Origin: a virus
Lineage: Duplodnaviria > Caudoviricetes
Length of the DNA stretch: 64,000 nt
IMG/VR virus record: IMGVR_UViG_3300036984_000039
Location: 43,547-107,546 of that record
Strand: one strand, 5' to 3'
Shown here: piece after piece, positions 1 through 8,446 of the stretch
Numbering within the stretch: position 1 is the stretch's first letter
Layout: every line of letters begins with the position of its first letter
Position numbers and translations under genes: made by a program
The notes under the pieces: model-generated
Database searches by the model: none
What the model saw: only the letters and a program-made list of their open reading frames with translations
What the model was told of the DNA's origin: nothing

Positions 1-78
1 GGACGTGCGCCTGTGCCACATGGTAGCGGGTTCTCAGGCCCGCCATAGCGCCAGAAAGCAAAACGCCCGACCGTTAGG

Positions 79-312
79 TCAGGCGTTGGGTACAACAGTA
101 AATTCAATGCCAATGGCGTCAGCCGAAAGCGCCGCAAAGGCAGCGCGGGCCACGACCGATGCCGCAGCCAGCCGTTCGTATTCGGCTGGCTCAAGCGCGT
201 CGACAGCTTCGTGCAACAACAGGCCGAAGTTGTCTACGACGACGCGCAGGCTCTCCATATCAACAGCATGGCTGTCAGACAGCGTGACCCGTTTGGCGTA
301 GAGTGGTGGCAT
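79..312 (-). CDS. Small hypothetical protein downstream of structured leader RNA A
   Basis: ATG at 312 preceded by AGGAG; ends in hairpin aacgcccgacc/ggtcaggcgtt (about 62-87). Confidence 0.6.
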   Translation of the reverse strand: MPPLYAKRVTLSDSHAVDMESLRVVVDNFGLLLHEAVDALEPAEYERLAAASVVARAAFAALSADAIGIEFTVVPNA

Positions 313-490
313 AAGAAAAGCTCCTGTGCATTCGTCCGGGAGACGACCTAGCCGACAGACAGACTCGCGCCGGGTAGCGCTTGGCAATCGGTCGGCTCCC
401 GACGAACGAACAGGAGCCTTATCTGTCTGTCTACTGCGTACTGTCCCTCGTCCTCTGCCAGTTCCCAGGCTGGCGTCGTCAGTTCAGCAC
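313..490 (-). ncRNA. Structured leader/antisense RNA, copy A (c4/CI-like architecture)
   Basis: Homologous to 29468-29640 with compensatory changes in several stems; follows sigma70 promoter at 497-526. Confidence 0.7.
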
Positions 491-496
491 GTTTCT

Positions 497-526
497 ATCT
501 TATCACAACTCGCTTGGAAATGTCAA
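497..526 (-). promoter_or_regulatory. sigma70-like promoter (TTGACA-N18-TAAGAT)
   Basis: Near-consensus hexamers upstream of RNA element A. Confidence 0.6.
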
Positions 527-563
527 GTACCTGCGAGGGCAAATTTTCAAACTCGTTGCCGAA

Positions 564-579
564 TGTTTCACGTGAAACA
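564..579. promoter_or_regulatory. parS site
   Basis: Perfect palindrome TGTTTCACGTGAAACA, the canonical chromosomal parS consensus. Confidence 0.85.
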
Positions 580-591
580 TTCCAGGCGAAT

Positions 592-620
592 TTGACACCC
601 GCCGCGACCTCTGCTATACT
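592..620 (+). promoter_or_regulatory. sigma70-like promoter (TTGACA-N17-TATACT, extended -10)
   Basis: Consensus hexamers with no convincing plus-strand ORF downstream. Confidence 0.7.
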
Positions 621-625
621 CCCGT

Positions 626-862
626 CTGGTTAGGTAAGCTAGTACTGGAGCAGTCGGGTCACGTTGCGATAACGTGTGAGGAGCACGGCGGCGGCGGAGT
701 AACGGAAAGGTTACACGGCGCACCGGAAACCGAAGACCGGCAAGTCGGGAAGCACGATCTGAGCGTGCCAGCGATATCAGACAGGCGTAAATGACGCCCT
801 CCATCTCGCCCAACTAACACGACAACGCCGCCCAGGTTCGTCCTGGCGGCGTTGCTGTTTCT
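626..862 (+). ncRNA. Candidate structured non-coding RNA of about 230 nt
   Basis: Own promoter, several short hairpins, ends in strong hairpin caacgccgcccagg/cctggcggcgttg followed by T-rich tail. Confidence 0.45.
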
Positions 863-867
863 GGCGC

Positions 868-1065
868 TCACGGCTTCCACACGCGGATTTTCAATTCCTC
901 TCGCGGTTCCTCCGCCTCGGCCTCCGGTGCATCCGGTCCGATCAGCGGCGCATCGTTCGGCTTCCGCAGCGACGACTCAAGGCCGTGCTCGTTGTCGATC
1001 AGCACGGCGATGATGGCCGCCACGCACAGGGCCACCGCCAGGAATTGCGCCAGCAGATTCGTCAC
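868..1065 (-). CDS. Small membrane protein
   Basis: N-terminal hydrophobic helix; overlaps stop of upstream gene. Confidence 0.55.
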   Translation of the reverse strand: MTNLLAQFLAVALCVAAIIAVLIDNEHGLESSLRKPNDAPLIGPDAPEAEAEEPREELKIRVWKP

Positions 1066-1331
1066 TTTTTACCGGTCATCGCCACGCCGCACACGCTCGG
1101 CGGCGATGACGGGATGTTTTCCGTCAAACGAGCATATATCTCTGGCGATAGCAGGAGGTCGGCAAGCTCCCGATGCATTTCCAGCAGCTTCCCAAGATTG
1201 GCGAGCGCCGTTTGCAGATCATCGGCGGGCCGCCCTATGATGTCGTCGCCAAATACGGCCAGCCATCGGCCCTGCTCATTGCGCGTCAGTGTGATTAAGT
1301 AGCTCAGCGGTAGCATAGTGTCTCCGGTCAA
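1062..1331 (-). CDS. Hypothetical protein (weakly HicB-like beta-beta-alpha pattern)
   Basis: ITLTRNEQGRWLAVF...ADDLQTALANL; coupled to neighbours. Confidence 0.45.
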   Translation of the reverse strand: MTGDTMLPLSYLITLTRNEQGRWLAVFGDDIIGRPADDLQTALANLGKLLEMHRELADLLLSPEIYARLTENIPSSPPSVCGVAMTGKK

Positions 1332-1831
1332 GAGAAGAACTCCTTGAGCGCCTTGCCGATGCCGGACTTGCGCGTCGGCTCAGGCGCGGACTTGCGCCGC
1401 TTGCTGCGGCCCGGTTGCCGCGGCTGATCCTTCCAGGGTGTCGGCATGGGATTGAGATCGATATGTCCGATGACGCCCCCGGATGGTAACTTTTCCCCAA
1501 CGTGATTACTGTCATACCAACCGTTTTGGCGCGCCGTCCCGGTCTGCCAACGCTCGGCATATTCCAGGTTCTTTGGATTGACCGGCGTGGATTCTAAACC
1601 GAACCCGGCTCGACATAATAGATACTCAGCCCATTCTGCGGCTTGATCATGCACGGCAATGTGAATCTTATTGTATACTCCGCGCTCATCATTCTTGACC
1701 GTTCCGCCATCCCACACAATCGGATGCTTGAAGTCATAGGGCGCAAGCAGCTTATTGTTGATGCCGCTAACGTAACTGCGCGCGGGCGCGCACAGCGGCG
1801 CGGCTATCGTGATTGTCCTGTAGCCAAACAT
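1328..1831 (-). CDS. Hypothetical protein
   Basis: ORF with likely start MFGYR just outside the IS right end. Confidence 0.55.
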   Translation of the reverse strand: MFGYRTITIAAPLCAPARSYVSGINNKLLAPYDFKHPIVWDGGTVKNDERGVYNKIHIAVHDQAAEWAEYLLCRAGFGLESTPVNPKNLEYAERWQTGTARQNGWYDSNHVGEKLPSGGVIGHIDLNPMPTPWKDQPRQPGRSKRRKSAPEPTRKSGIGKALKEFFS

Positions 1832-1877
1832 CTCAGCCGACCCCAAGCAGCGCGAATGCCGTGACACTCCGCACGGA

Positions 1878-2075
1878 CTAAAGTCCGGCGGCTTCTTGGC
1901 GCACGCCCGCCCCAACTTCAGGCCACGTTATGCGCCAGGCGCGCTGTCCGCGCGCCAGCAGATTCAATGCGGCGTTCTCGTCCCGATCCATACTCAGGCC
2001 GCATTCACAACGCACCCAACGCTCTGCCAACGTTAGATGCGCAAAGATGGCCCCACACTGCGAGGCGTAACTCAT
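1878..2075 (-). pseudogene. tnpB: tnpB 3' remnant (Zn ribbon + DRDENAALN), coinciding with the omegaRNA region
   Basis: CG...RCECGLSMDRDENAALNLL...EAAGL. Confidence 0.85.
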
Positions 2076-2593
2076 GTTCTTCTGCTTACCAATTGGCACA
2101 TCTTGATGAATTCTATTTCAGACAGGTTGCCCTTCATATTGTTTATTCGCCAAGAAACTAAAACAACATTTCCTTTTACGTATCCACACCCGGAATCTTT
2201 CCTGTCCAGGCTAACACCAGAATCTCCAGTTTCAAAAGTTAGAGGTTCCCCGGTGTAATAGCACAAGTAACTCTGCAAATCTAGTTGCGTGAGGAGATAA
2301 TCTATATCAATGTCAAATATCCATCCTTCTGACTTAGAACGAGTTTTTGCAGAATTGAGTAGGCGTAATAGGCGACCACGAAATCCACTACGGTACGCGG
2401 CATTTGATGCAGCAACGTCACAAGTTTTGCACCGACTAGACGGATTGGTAACAAGACTGCCTGGTTGCTTATGAACCTGATAGAACTGGTCAATGGGAAG
2501 GTTTTTCCCGCAACTAATACAGACCTTGTTTGTTCTATGGCGGGTTGCTTTGTGTCCTAGTTCTTGGCAAACTGAACAACGTTGCATTGACAT
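2072..2593 (-). CDS. HNH-type endonuclease with Zn-finger N-terminus
   Basis: CYYTG...SLDRKDSGCGYVKGNVVLVSWRINNMKG; AT-rich. Confidence 0.75.
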   Translation of the reverse strand: MSMQRCSVCQELGHKATRHRTNKVCISCGKNLPIDQFYQVHKQPGSLVTNPSSRCKTCDVAASNAAYRSGFRGRLLRLLNSAKTRSKSEGWIFDIDIDYLLTQLDLQSYLCYYTGEPLTFETGDSGVSLDRKDSGCGYVKGNVVLVSWRINNMKGNLSEIEFIKMCQLVSRRT

Positions 2594-2594
2594 G

Positions 2595-2732
2595 CTATTG
2601 CTCCGTCTCCCACGCATCCTTGCGCTCAGCCAGGCAGACGTTGTACCAGCGCCGGCACGTCTCCAGCGTCTGGTTCAACAACCGTTCCTGACTCTTGCTC
2701 GGATAGAGACGGTAGCGAAAAGTGGCAAGCAT
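2595..2732 (-). pseudogene. tnpB: tnpB 5' remnant (HTH_OrfB-like)
   Basis: MLATFRYRLYPSKSQERLLNQTLETCRRWYN, stop after 45 aa. Confidence 0.85.
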
Positions 2733-3106
2733 TACAGGCCCTTCTGCGCGTCGATGTACTTCTGGTCGGGTTGCATCGTGAGCCACCACCGAGGATTTGG
2801 CTTGTCTCGATTGCCTTTCGAGCCATTGCACGCAGCGCACAATGGTTGCAGGTTGCCATCTGTGTTCGTACCACCAACAGTCAACGGGGCGATGTGATCT
2901 ATGCAGATGTACTCGCATGATCCACAATGGGCACATTTACCATCATGGGCCGCCAAAACGTCCAACCATCCCTGCAAGGTGATAACCTCATTGGGGCGTC
3001 CCATGTTACGAGCCCGCGCGTTTTGACTTCCGACGCGCATCGACCACATACGACGCACTTCCCAATCTGACATACCGTCAGTCGTTCTGATGAGAAAGCT
3101 GCGCAT
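2732..3106 (-). CDS. HNH endonuclease ending in a TnpA-like C-terminus
   Basis: CAHCG...IDHIAPLTVGGTNTDGNLQPLCAACNGSKG; tail KYIDAQKGL overlaps tnpB ATG (TAATG). Confidence 0.8.
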   Translation of the reverse strand: MRSFLIRTTDGMSDWEVRRMWSMRVGSQNARARNMGRPNEVITLQGWLDVLAAHDGKCAHCGSCEYICIDHIAPLTVGGTNTDGNLQPLCAACNGSKGNRDKPNPRWWLTMQPDQKYIDAQKGL

Positions 3107-3254
3107 TCTCCGTCTCCGTTTCCAGCCTTTCCCATTCATCTCGCGCCAGTCGTTCGATGACTGCCACCATCGACGTGTCGGTGGCGGCAGCAATGCGGCG
3201 CAGCAAACGTCTTGTCTTGAGCCAAACCTTGATTGTCGTAAATTCTTCGCTCAT
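3078..3254 (-). CDS. Ribbon-helix-helix-like DNA-binding protein (leaderless)
   Basis: TTIKVWLKTRRLLRRIAA...SMVAVIERL; TTGACA-N17-TAGAAT 7 nt before ATG. Confidence 0.65.
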   Translation of the reverse strand: MSEEFTTIKVWLKTRRLLRRIAAATDTSMVAVIERLARDEWERLETETENAQLSHQND

Positions 3255-3338
3255 GGTTGTAATTCTACAACGATAACAACAGGTTGTCAAGTTACGAGCG
3301 AGGCTGCAAGCACCGAGAAACCCGCCTATCCGCTCGGC

Positions 3339-3986
3339 CTAAAGGCCGGTGGCTTGCGGCGGGTTACGTCCCGTCAGTTTGATTTCCGGTTCTTTGCGCC
3401 CACAGGATAGACAAGTGTAATCGTATTCGGCCTTCAATGACTCCCATTGCGCAATCGAGTAGTGCTCTCCTGCCTGTTCAATGCGAAGTCTGCGCTTATG
3501 CGTTTCGCGATTTCGTATCATTTTGCCGCGTTCTGGATTTTTCTTGTACCAGTTACGGACGCTGGTGAGATTGCGTTCTGGATGGGCTGCCCTCCAACGT
3601 CTATTGCGCTCATTTGCCTCATCGCGGTGAGCACGCGCATATTCTTTCTTGTAAGCCCGAATATCATCTCGGTGAGCAGAATGCCACGCCTTAATCTTCT
3701 CGTCTTGTTCTGCCCGGTGAGCCAAGCGCCATACCTTGCGAGCCGCGACGCTTCTTTCCGTATTGGCTTGATGCCAAGCCTTGCTCTGAGCACAAATCTG
3801 TTCGCTATGCTTGGCATAGTAGGCTTTCCTTCTGGCCTTGATTTTATCAGGATGTGCTTTTCTGTAGGCTGCATCCGCAATGGCGACACACGCCTTACAA
3901 CGATATTCAAGTCCATCCTTGCTACGTGACCGTTTTCTGAATTCAGATTCTAGTTTTTCGGAATGGCAAACGGAGCAGGTTTTCAT
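3339..3986 (-). pseudogene. HNH endonuclease truncated by the IS left end
   Basis: Zn finger, helical repeats and CLSCG...KLT, then IS-end sequence instead of the DH catalytic motif. Confidence 0.7.
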
Positions 3987-4132
3987 ACGACTTCCTCCCG
4001 TTTGGCCTTCTCTCGGATAGCGATCTCAATAATGGCCGCCATCGATACACCGGTCTTTTGCGCCAGCAATTTGAGCAGCCGCTTGGCCTCTGGCGTGAGG
4101 CGCAAGCTTGTGGACTTGGCTTCTTTTACCAT
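3983..4132 (-). CDS. RHH-like regulator (49 aa, not in ORF track)
   Basis: MVKEAKSTSLRLTPEAKRLLKLLAQKTGVSMAAIIEIAIREKAKREEVV; TTGACG-N17-TACAAT 6 nt before ATG; paralogue of 28159-28338. Confidence 0.7.
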   Translation of the reverse strand: MVKEAKSTSLRLTPEAKRLLKLLAQKTGVSMAAIIEIAIREKAKREEVV

Positions 4133-4171
4133 AACGCTATTGTAACGCATATTGCGCTATGCGTCAATTCC

Positions 4172-6028
4172 CTATTCTTGCAGTTTGCGCCCACGACGCG
4201 CTTCCATCTCCGCGACCGCAGAGCGAACCCAGTAGAATTTGATGCCGCCTTTTTGACCCGTTACCCCATCCTCGCGCTTGTAGAGTTCCGCTTCGGTGGC
4301 GCTGAGCGAACCGCGGTTTTTCTTCCATGTGCGCCAGATCGTGAGTTTATCGACTTCGGCACTGGGCGGTACGTCCTGCGGTACGGAGGGCGGTATACCG
4401 GCGCGGGGGGTGCCATTTCCGGGTAAAACCGGGGTCTCGGAGCGGTATACCGCCTCTTGTACCGCCTCCTGTACCGCCTCGCGCACCGGTTGCACGGTGT
4501 AGGGCGTACCTGCGAACGAGGCAATGGCAAGCCGTAGCCGATCTTCGATGTCGGGCACATCGTCAGGAAGGTACTGCACGGCGCGCTTGGCTTCGGTCGC
4601 GCTGTAGCCAAGCGAGGTCAGGCCGTCGATTACCACGGCGTCGGCCTCGATCAGCGCAGCGGGTTTCTCGTGGCCATTGCCAGAAGCCATACTCAGGCCC
4701 AGGCGTTGTTCGGCGGCGAGCAGCCCCGCGGGTGTGCGTCGCGGCAACGAGAACATGAATTTGTCGAAGCGACCATCACTCAGGCCGGAGTAATACGCCT
4801 GCGCCGGATACAGCGCATCGCGCCGAATCAGGCAGCGCCCGCGGATGTCCGGCAGGGACGCCGCGCCGCCATCGTCCAGAATCAGGCGGGATTCGATGGG
4901 CGTGGCCGTCTTGAACGCGATGCGCGTATCCGCAATGCCGGTGATCTGCTTCGGCAACACGTCCGCGGACGGGCGCTGCGTTGCCAGAATCTCAATGATG
5001 CCCGCCGCGCCGCCGAGCGATCCGAGGCGTTGTATCAATTTGATGAATTGCTCGCGCTTGGCGGTATCGCGGTGCGTCGTCAGTTCGGCCACCTCGTCTA
5101 CAATGATAATCAGGTACGGACAATGCGCGCCGCGGCCTCGATTCCACTGATTCAGGTTCTTGACGCCCGCACCGCTGAAAGCCGTCATGCGCGCATCCAT
5201 CTCGGTTTCTGCATCAGTCAACATTTGCATGGTCTCGTCCGGGCTGTAGGCGACCGGGCCGCGCAGCAGCGCCAGGTCGGGCGGCAGCAGCGCGAAGTCC
5301 ATCCGTTTCAGGTCACTCAGCGCCACCTGCGCAATGCGCCCGGTCGGGTCTTGTTGCGCCAGGGCCGCGATGATGGAGGCGATCAAGGTCGTCTTGCCGC
5401 GCCGCGGCGAGCCACCGATCAGCACGTGCCCGGCATCGCCAAGCTCCAGTGTGATCGGCCCGTTTTCACCCATGCCCAGGAGCAGGGACGGCGTAGCCAG
5501 CCGCGGCGCGTTGAACACGTCGATACGTTCCGGGAGCGATGCGCCCGGCTCAATCATCAGCGGCGCGTCGTATTCCGGCAATGCGGGCGGTTTGACGGCG
5601 GCGGCTGGGAGACGTGTTACGACGCCATGCACCAGGGCGTGATTGCGCATGGCCTGGGCGTCCAGGTGTGAGGCGTCCAGCACATGTCCTCCAGCGACGG
5701 CGGGCAGGGAACCATCTTTCGGGTAGACGTTCCAGATGCCCACCAGAAGCCAGTGTAGGCCCCAGGCGACGAATTTGAGCGCCACGCCGATGCAGAAGCC
5801 AAGGCCCGCCACGCCGAGGCCCACGGCGACCGCGCCGGCTGCGACCAGGGCGACCTGCTTGACGGTGAGCCAGAACGGGGCAAGCTCGCGTTGCTGCGCC
5901 ATGCCGAGCGCGGCCGCTTGCTGGCGTGCGATGACGGCGCTCGGATCGGACCAGGCGAGGCCGAGCGTGGCGAGTAGGAATAGCAAAACCGCGCCCGTTA
6001 GGAGCACGGCAAAAGCACGTCCAGACAT
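4172..6028 (-). CDS. Membrane-anchored FtsK/SpoIIIE-like ATPase with RuvA C-terminal-like domain
   Basis: Two TM segments, GGSPRRGKTT, DLK, IIVDEVA, ILATQRP; C-terminal LTSLGYSATEAKRAV...IEDRLRLAI. Confidence 0.85.
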   Translation of the reverse strand: MSGRAFAVLLTGAVLLFLLATLGLAWSDPSAVIARQQAAALGMAQQRELAPFWLTVKQVALVAAGAVAVGLGVAGLGFCIGVALKFVAWGLHWLLVGIWNVYPKDGSLPAVAGGHVLDASHLDAQAMRNHALVHGVVTRLPAAAVKPPALPEYDAPLMIEPGASLPERIDVFNAPRLATPSLLLGMGENGPITLELGDAGHVLIGGSPRRGKTTLIASIIAALAQQDPTGRIAQVALSDLKRMDFALLPPDLALLRGPVAYSPDETMQMLTDAETEMDARMTAFSGAGVKNLNQWNRGRGAHCPYLIIIVDEVAELTTHRDTAKREQFIKLIQRLGSLGGAAGIIEILATQRPSADVLPKQITGIADTRIAFKTATPIESRLILDDGGAASLPDIRGRCLIRRDALYPAQAYYSGLSDGRFDKFMFSLPRRTPAGLLAAEQRLGLSMASGNGHEKPAALIEADAVVIDGLTSLGYSATEAKRAVQYLPDDVPDIEDRLRLAIASFAGTPYTVQPVREAVQEAVQEAVYRSETPVLPGNGTPRAGIPPSVPQDVPPSAEVDKLTIWRTWKKNRGSLSATEAELYKREDGVTGQKGGIKFYWVRSAVAEMEARRGRKLQE

Positions 6029-6069
6029 CAGTTTCCTGCGCCGTCAGGCGGCGTCATGGCTGACCTCAG

Positions 6070-6414
6070 CTATGGGGCATCGTTGAATAGTGCTTCCAAA
6101 TCGAGCAGGCGGTTGACTACCTCGTCAAATGACAAGTCGTGGGCAAGCGCCTTGCTCGCGGCCAGTCGTGCATGGGTCGCCGGTTGCAAATGTACGGATA
6201 CGCGTGCATCCCGCTCGGTCGGCAGGGCCAGGGCCTCGCGCAAGCGTGCCTCCGCTTTTACGGATACGTGATCGGCTTTGTTGCGCATCACGTCTGACAG
6301 TAGTCCCGCGGCGGACGGCTTGAGCTTCAGCCGCTCGGCCATCTGTACCAGCGTCAGGTGCGGCGTCTCGGAGCACTGCAAGGCCATGACCGCGGCCCGC
6401 GTCGAGCGTTTCAT
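6070..6414 (-). CDS. HTH DNA-binding protein
   Basis: TLVQMAERLKL...LLSDVM HTH-like plus RHH-like C-terminus. Confidence 0.5.
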   Translation of the reverse strand: MKRSTRAAVMALQCSETPHLTLVQMAERLKLKPSAAGLLSDVMRNKADHVSVKAEARLREALALPTERDARVSVHLQPATHARLAASKALAHDLSFDEVVNRLLDLEALFNDAP

Positions 6415-6415
6415 G

Positions 6416-6997
6416 TTACGCGTTCATCCGCACGAAAAAGGCTGGTGCAAGGTGCTGGTGCTCAAACTTGTCGGCGCGCCTCTTGCCGTGCGCCCAGGAG
6501 TTCGACGGAACGTCCTCGGCTTTGACATAACACACGCGCGGATCCGCGCGGGACACGAAGTCCGGGCCGCAGTATGGGCCGCCGTGCTCCTGCATCCAGG
6601 GGCAATCCAGATTACAGCAGCACATATCACCTTCATGCCCGACGACAGTCGGCAGACCACCACGAATCACCCACGGCGCACCACAGCGCGGACAGACCGC
6701 GCCGACTACGCCATCGGCGGAGGGCACGTCGATCTGGCCGAGCGCCTTGAGCGCGATGCCGATGCCACGGGCCAGGTTCTCGCGCCGGGCGTAGCGCCCC
6801 GACTTCGGCAGCCGAAACAGCGGGATCGCCTTGCGCGGCACGAACAGCACGCGCCCGCCGCTCATCTTGATGCCGGGAAGAAAGCCGTTGGTGATCCACG
6901 CGCCCAACGTCGGGCGCTTGACTTGCTTGCCAAGATGCGCCGACAGCAGGGTGATTGCCGTCTCCGTATCCACAAAATCTACTGGATTGATTTGCAT
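6416..6997 (-). CDS. Excisionase/HTH_17-like protein with Cys-rich C-terminus
   Basis: VKRPTLGAWITNGFLPGIKMSGGRVLFVP; upstream promoter about 7045-7073. Confidence 0.55.
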   Translation of the reverse strand: MQINPVDFVDTETAITLLSAHLGKQVKRPTLGAWITNGFLPGIKMSGGRVLFVPRKAIPLFRLPKSGRYARRENLARGIGIALKALGQIDVPSADGVVGAVCPRCGAPWVIRGGLPTVVGHEGDMCCCNLDCPWMQEHGGPYCGPDFVSRADPRVCYVKAEDVPSNSWAHGKRRADKFEHQHLAPAFFVRMNA

Positions 6998-7285
6998 TTA
7001 CCCTCCTAAAAATATATCGCAAAGTGAACGATCCACTTTGCGATATAGTATCACGTTATCACAGGCGTGTCAATAGCGAGTTTGCAACATTATTTTTCTT
7101 TCGTCAGCACCCCACCACGCGCGGCCTCGTTGCGCGACCACCATTCATAGTGGCAAAATTTGCAGCGCACCAGGACGGCTTTTTCTGTGCGACGCACCTC
7201 GCGCAGATCAAAGCCGAGGCGGTATTTGCGATTGCACCTACAACGCGGGCAGCGGGGTACGGGATACTGCGTGTACAGGCTCATG

Positions 7286-7615
7286 TCATTCTCCCGCCGA
7301 GTGCCGCGGGTCATCAGACCAATGGCGGTCGGGTTGCGAAGGTTCCTGCAATTTCCATAGCCGCGCGACTTCCGCCAACAGCGCGGGTACGTCCTCGCGG
7401 GCACGGGCCATGAATTCGCCATCATTGACTGCCTGTGCGAAATCTGCCAGATCAGTGCCGTAAACCTGCTTGCCCCAATCCGGCCCGTTGATCCATGCAA
7501 AACGTGGTTGATGAGCGCCGTTATTCCCTTCCTTCCACGGTGCAGGCGTGGCAGCCGCAGCGCGGGCGGCGATATCGTCAAATTCCTGTTGCGTCATTGG
7601 TTTGTTCATTATCAT
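7286..7615 (-). CDS. Ead/Ea22-like phage protein
   Basis: IAARAAAATPAPW...DGEFMARAREDVPALLAEVARL. Confidence 0.6.
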   Translation of the reverse strand: MIMNKPMTQQEFDDIAARAAAATPAPWKEGNNGAHQPRFAWINGPDWGKQVYGTDLADFAQAVNDGEFMARAREDVPALLAEVARLWKLQEPSQPDRHWSDDPRHSAGE

Positions 7616-7622
7616 TCCTCTC

Positions 7623-7961
7623 TTAGTCTACCGGCTGCCCGCTCAGGACGCAGCAGTCGCCTTCCGCCTTCTCAATAGCGTCCTCAACCACTGAGCGCCA
7701 GTCGCCCGATCCAGGATCAAGCGCGAATTTCAGCGCCGCCAGCATATCCGGCACGGCCTCCGGGTTGATGCCCTCGCAGGCATTCGCCACAGCCACGATG
7801 CGCGCCGCCGTGGCCCGTTGGCGGCCTTTGGCATCGCCACGCTGAGAAGTCGCTTGAATGATAATCTCATGCGGCCCGTTCGGGTTGCCACGGGCGATGG
7901 TCGATGTTCCTGGAATGAGGAACCACGGCGTAGGCCAGGGTTCATGCGATGCGTTGCTCAC
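7623..7961 (-). CDS. Phage hypothetical protein
   Basis: ARIVAVANACEGI...PDMLAALK, a motif common in phage early genes. Confidence 0.6.
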   Translation of the reverse strand: MSNASHEPWPTPWFLIPGTSTIARGNPNGPHEIIIQATSQRGDAKGRQRATAARIVAVANACEGINPEAVPDMLAALKFALDPGSGDWRSVVEDAIEKAEGDCCVLSGQPVD

Positions 7962-8443
7962 GGTATGTCTCCTAGCGGAAAATTCAGTCTAGCATACTCA
8001 CCGAATCGTTCCTTTGCGGCTGCGTCATAGACTCTCGCGGCTTGTACTTCGTCGTCGAATACACCTAAGTATTTATGCTCTATCCATGCCGTCCATTTGC
8101 GTCTTTGACGGTGCCGCGTGACGCCCTTGAAGCGCGACGATCTGTTGTTGCTCTGACGCCCCTTGTTGCGTAGATTCTGCTGGCGCGTACAGACGCGCAA
8201 GTTACCACGTTGGTTATTTAATCCGTCACGGTCAACGTGATCCACCTCCGGGTAATTGCCATTCTCCCCGCGCGGATTGCGAACTTCTGGTAACCCCATA
8301 ATCTGGCGATGCATGTAGATACCATTCCCACGCGCTGCATATCTATCGCCTGCAGCGCAATGCCATCTCCATTGGCACAGCCAGTCATAATCTGCGTCAT
8401 CTACCAAGGCAGTTTTGCCTTTTGTCAGCGGGATTTCCTTCAT
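7958..8443 (-). CDS. HNH-AP2 homing endonuclease
   Basis: IPLTKGKTALVDD, VDHVDRDGLNNQRGNLR, SRFKGV...YLGVF...AARVYD. Confidence 0.9.
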   Translation of the reverse strand: MKEIPLTKGKTALVDDADYDWLCQWRWHCAAGDRYAARGNGIYMHRQIMGLPEVRNPRGENGNYPEVDHVDRDGLNNQRGNLRVCTRQQNLRNKGRQSNNRSSRFKGVTRHRQRRKWTAWIEHKYLGVFDDEVQAARVYDAAAKERFGEYARLNFPLGDIP

Positions 8444-8446
8444 GGT

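Larger units (their letters stand above)
1861..3367 (-). mobile_element. Degenerate IS200/IS605 element whose tnpA and tnpB interiors are replaced by RHH and HNH genes
   Basis: Left-end hairpin AAGCCACCGGCCTTTAGGCCG (about 3321-3367); right end GAAGCCGCCGGACTTTAGTCCGTGCGGAGTGTCAC (1861-1897); TnpA-like tail plus TnpB N- and C-terminal remnants. Confidence 0.75.

Noticed and set aside
1328-1831. Candidate RAMP-like partner for the GGY-NN RNA
   Set aside because: No glycine-rich loop or other RAMP signature recognisable
4670-5671. Long antisense ORFs over FtsK and other GC-rich genes
   Set aside because: Expected stop-poor shadow frames in high-GC coding DNA
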